64,000 nt of DNA from Tubiluchus corallicola. Lineage: Eukaryota > Animalia > Priapulida. The translations under genes and the position numbers were made by a program. The notes under the pieces are model-generated. The model saw only the letters and a list, made by a program, of their open reading frames with translations. It had not been told where the DNA came from and ran no database searches. Positions 63,531 through 64,000 of this stretch are shown one piece after another. Within the stretch, counting starts at the first letter, position 1, and each line of letters begins with the position of its first letter. Where the stretch lies: positions 372,001 through 436,000 of the forward strand of contig JAQGDQ010000059.1 in assembly GCA_030141605.1 (NCBI GenBank), read 5' to 3'.

Positions 63531-64000
63531 TAACATATCCTATCAGCAATATCGATTTACATCAATTTGTGAATTTACTAACTTAATCACCGAAAAAGAA
63601 TCTACTAGAATACTTATGACAAAATATATTTCTTACTCTCCTTTACATTCATCTGTACCAATATTTTGATAACGTTGTTTTTGGAATTTGACCCGTAATT
63701 TGTAACTTGTAATTTTTGTAATCCCTATTGGCTGCGGCTGAAAATAATGAATGGAAGGAGGCAACCAGGGTGCCACTTCATTCAACCTTTGCGCCACTTG
63801 TAGTTCACACCTCGTAAACATGATGATGAGAAGAACAAGAGTAGAAAATTAAAAGATTTGTTGAAATCCAAGAGTAATTGTCCGTACCATATTGAGTAAG
63901 TTAAGATGTTGTTAAAATATCAAAACATACCAACAAATAAACAAAAAAAACAAACAAAGAACCCCGAAAAAACAAAAAACAAAGCCCTTGTTTAAGTCAT

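Noticed and set aside
63633-63821. Possible upstream cyclase exon
   Set aside because: No frame resembles the expected extracellular-domain sequence preceding VVTHYSAA; not supported.

Overview
Animal genomic DNA, AT-rich, with GT-AG introns; it is not prokaryotic, so most short ORFs in the track are exon fragments or noise. A protostome or lophotrochozoan-like host is inferred from the ionotropic receptor and the repeat content. Three spliced genes lie in tandem on the minus strand. (1) SAC3D1-like: 8 coding exons, 3065-8364, about 376 aa. (2) ACAP/centaurin-beta (BAR-PH-ArfGAP-ANK): 19 coding exons, 15804-37474, about 835 aa. (3) The 3' 15 exons of a receptor guanylyl cyclase, 39602-60877; its N-terminus lies beyond the window. 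The most striking feature is an intact, intronless, divergent ionotropic (glutamate-like) receptor gene (55493-56830, +) nested antisense in a cyclase intron, with a perfect 20-bp palindrome containing a canonical RFX X-box about 670 bp upstream. Introns and intergenic DNA carry many transposon relics: two pogo/Tigger copies bracketing ACAP, hAT MITEs with 8-bp TSDs, Buster and maT-like transposase remnants, several LINE fragments, Helentron/HINE-like and foldback-like elements, and microsatellites. Copies of one hAT family show asymmetric CpG decay between the left and right halves of the window. All exon boundaries and translations were read by hand; no database searches were run.
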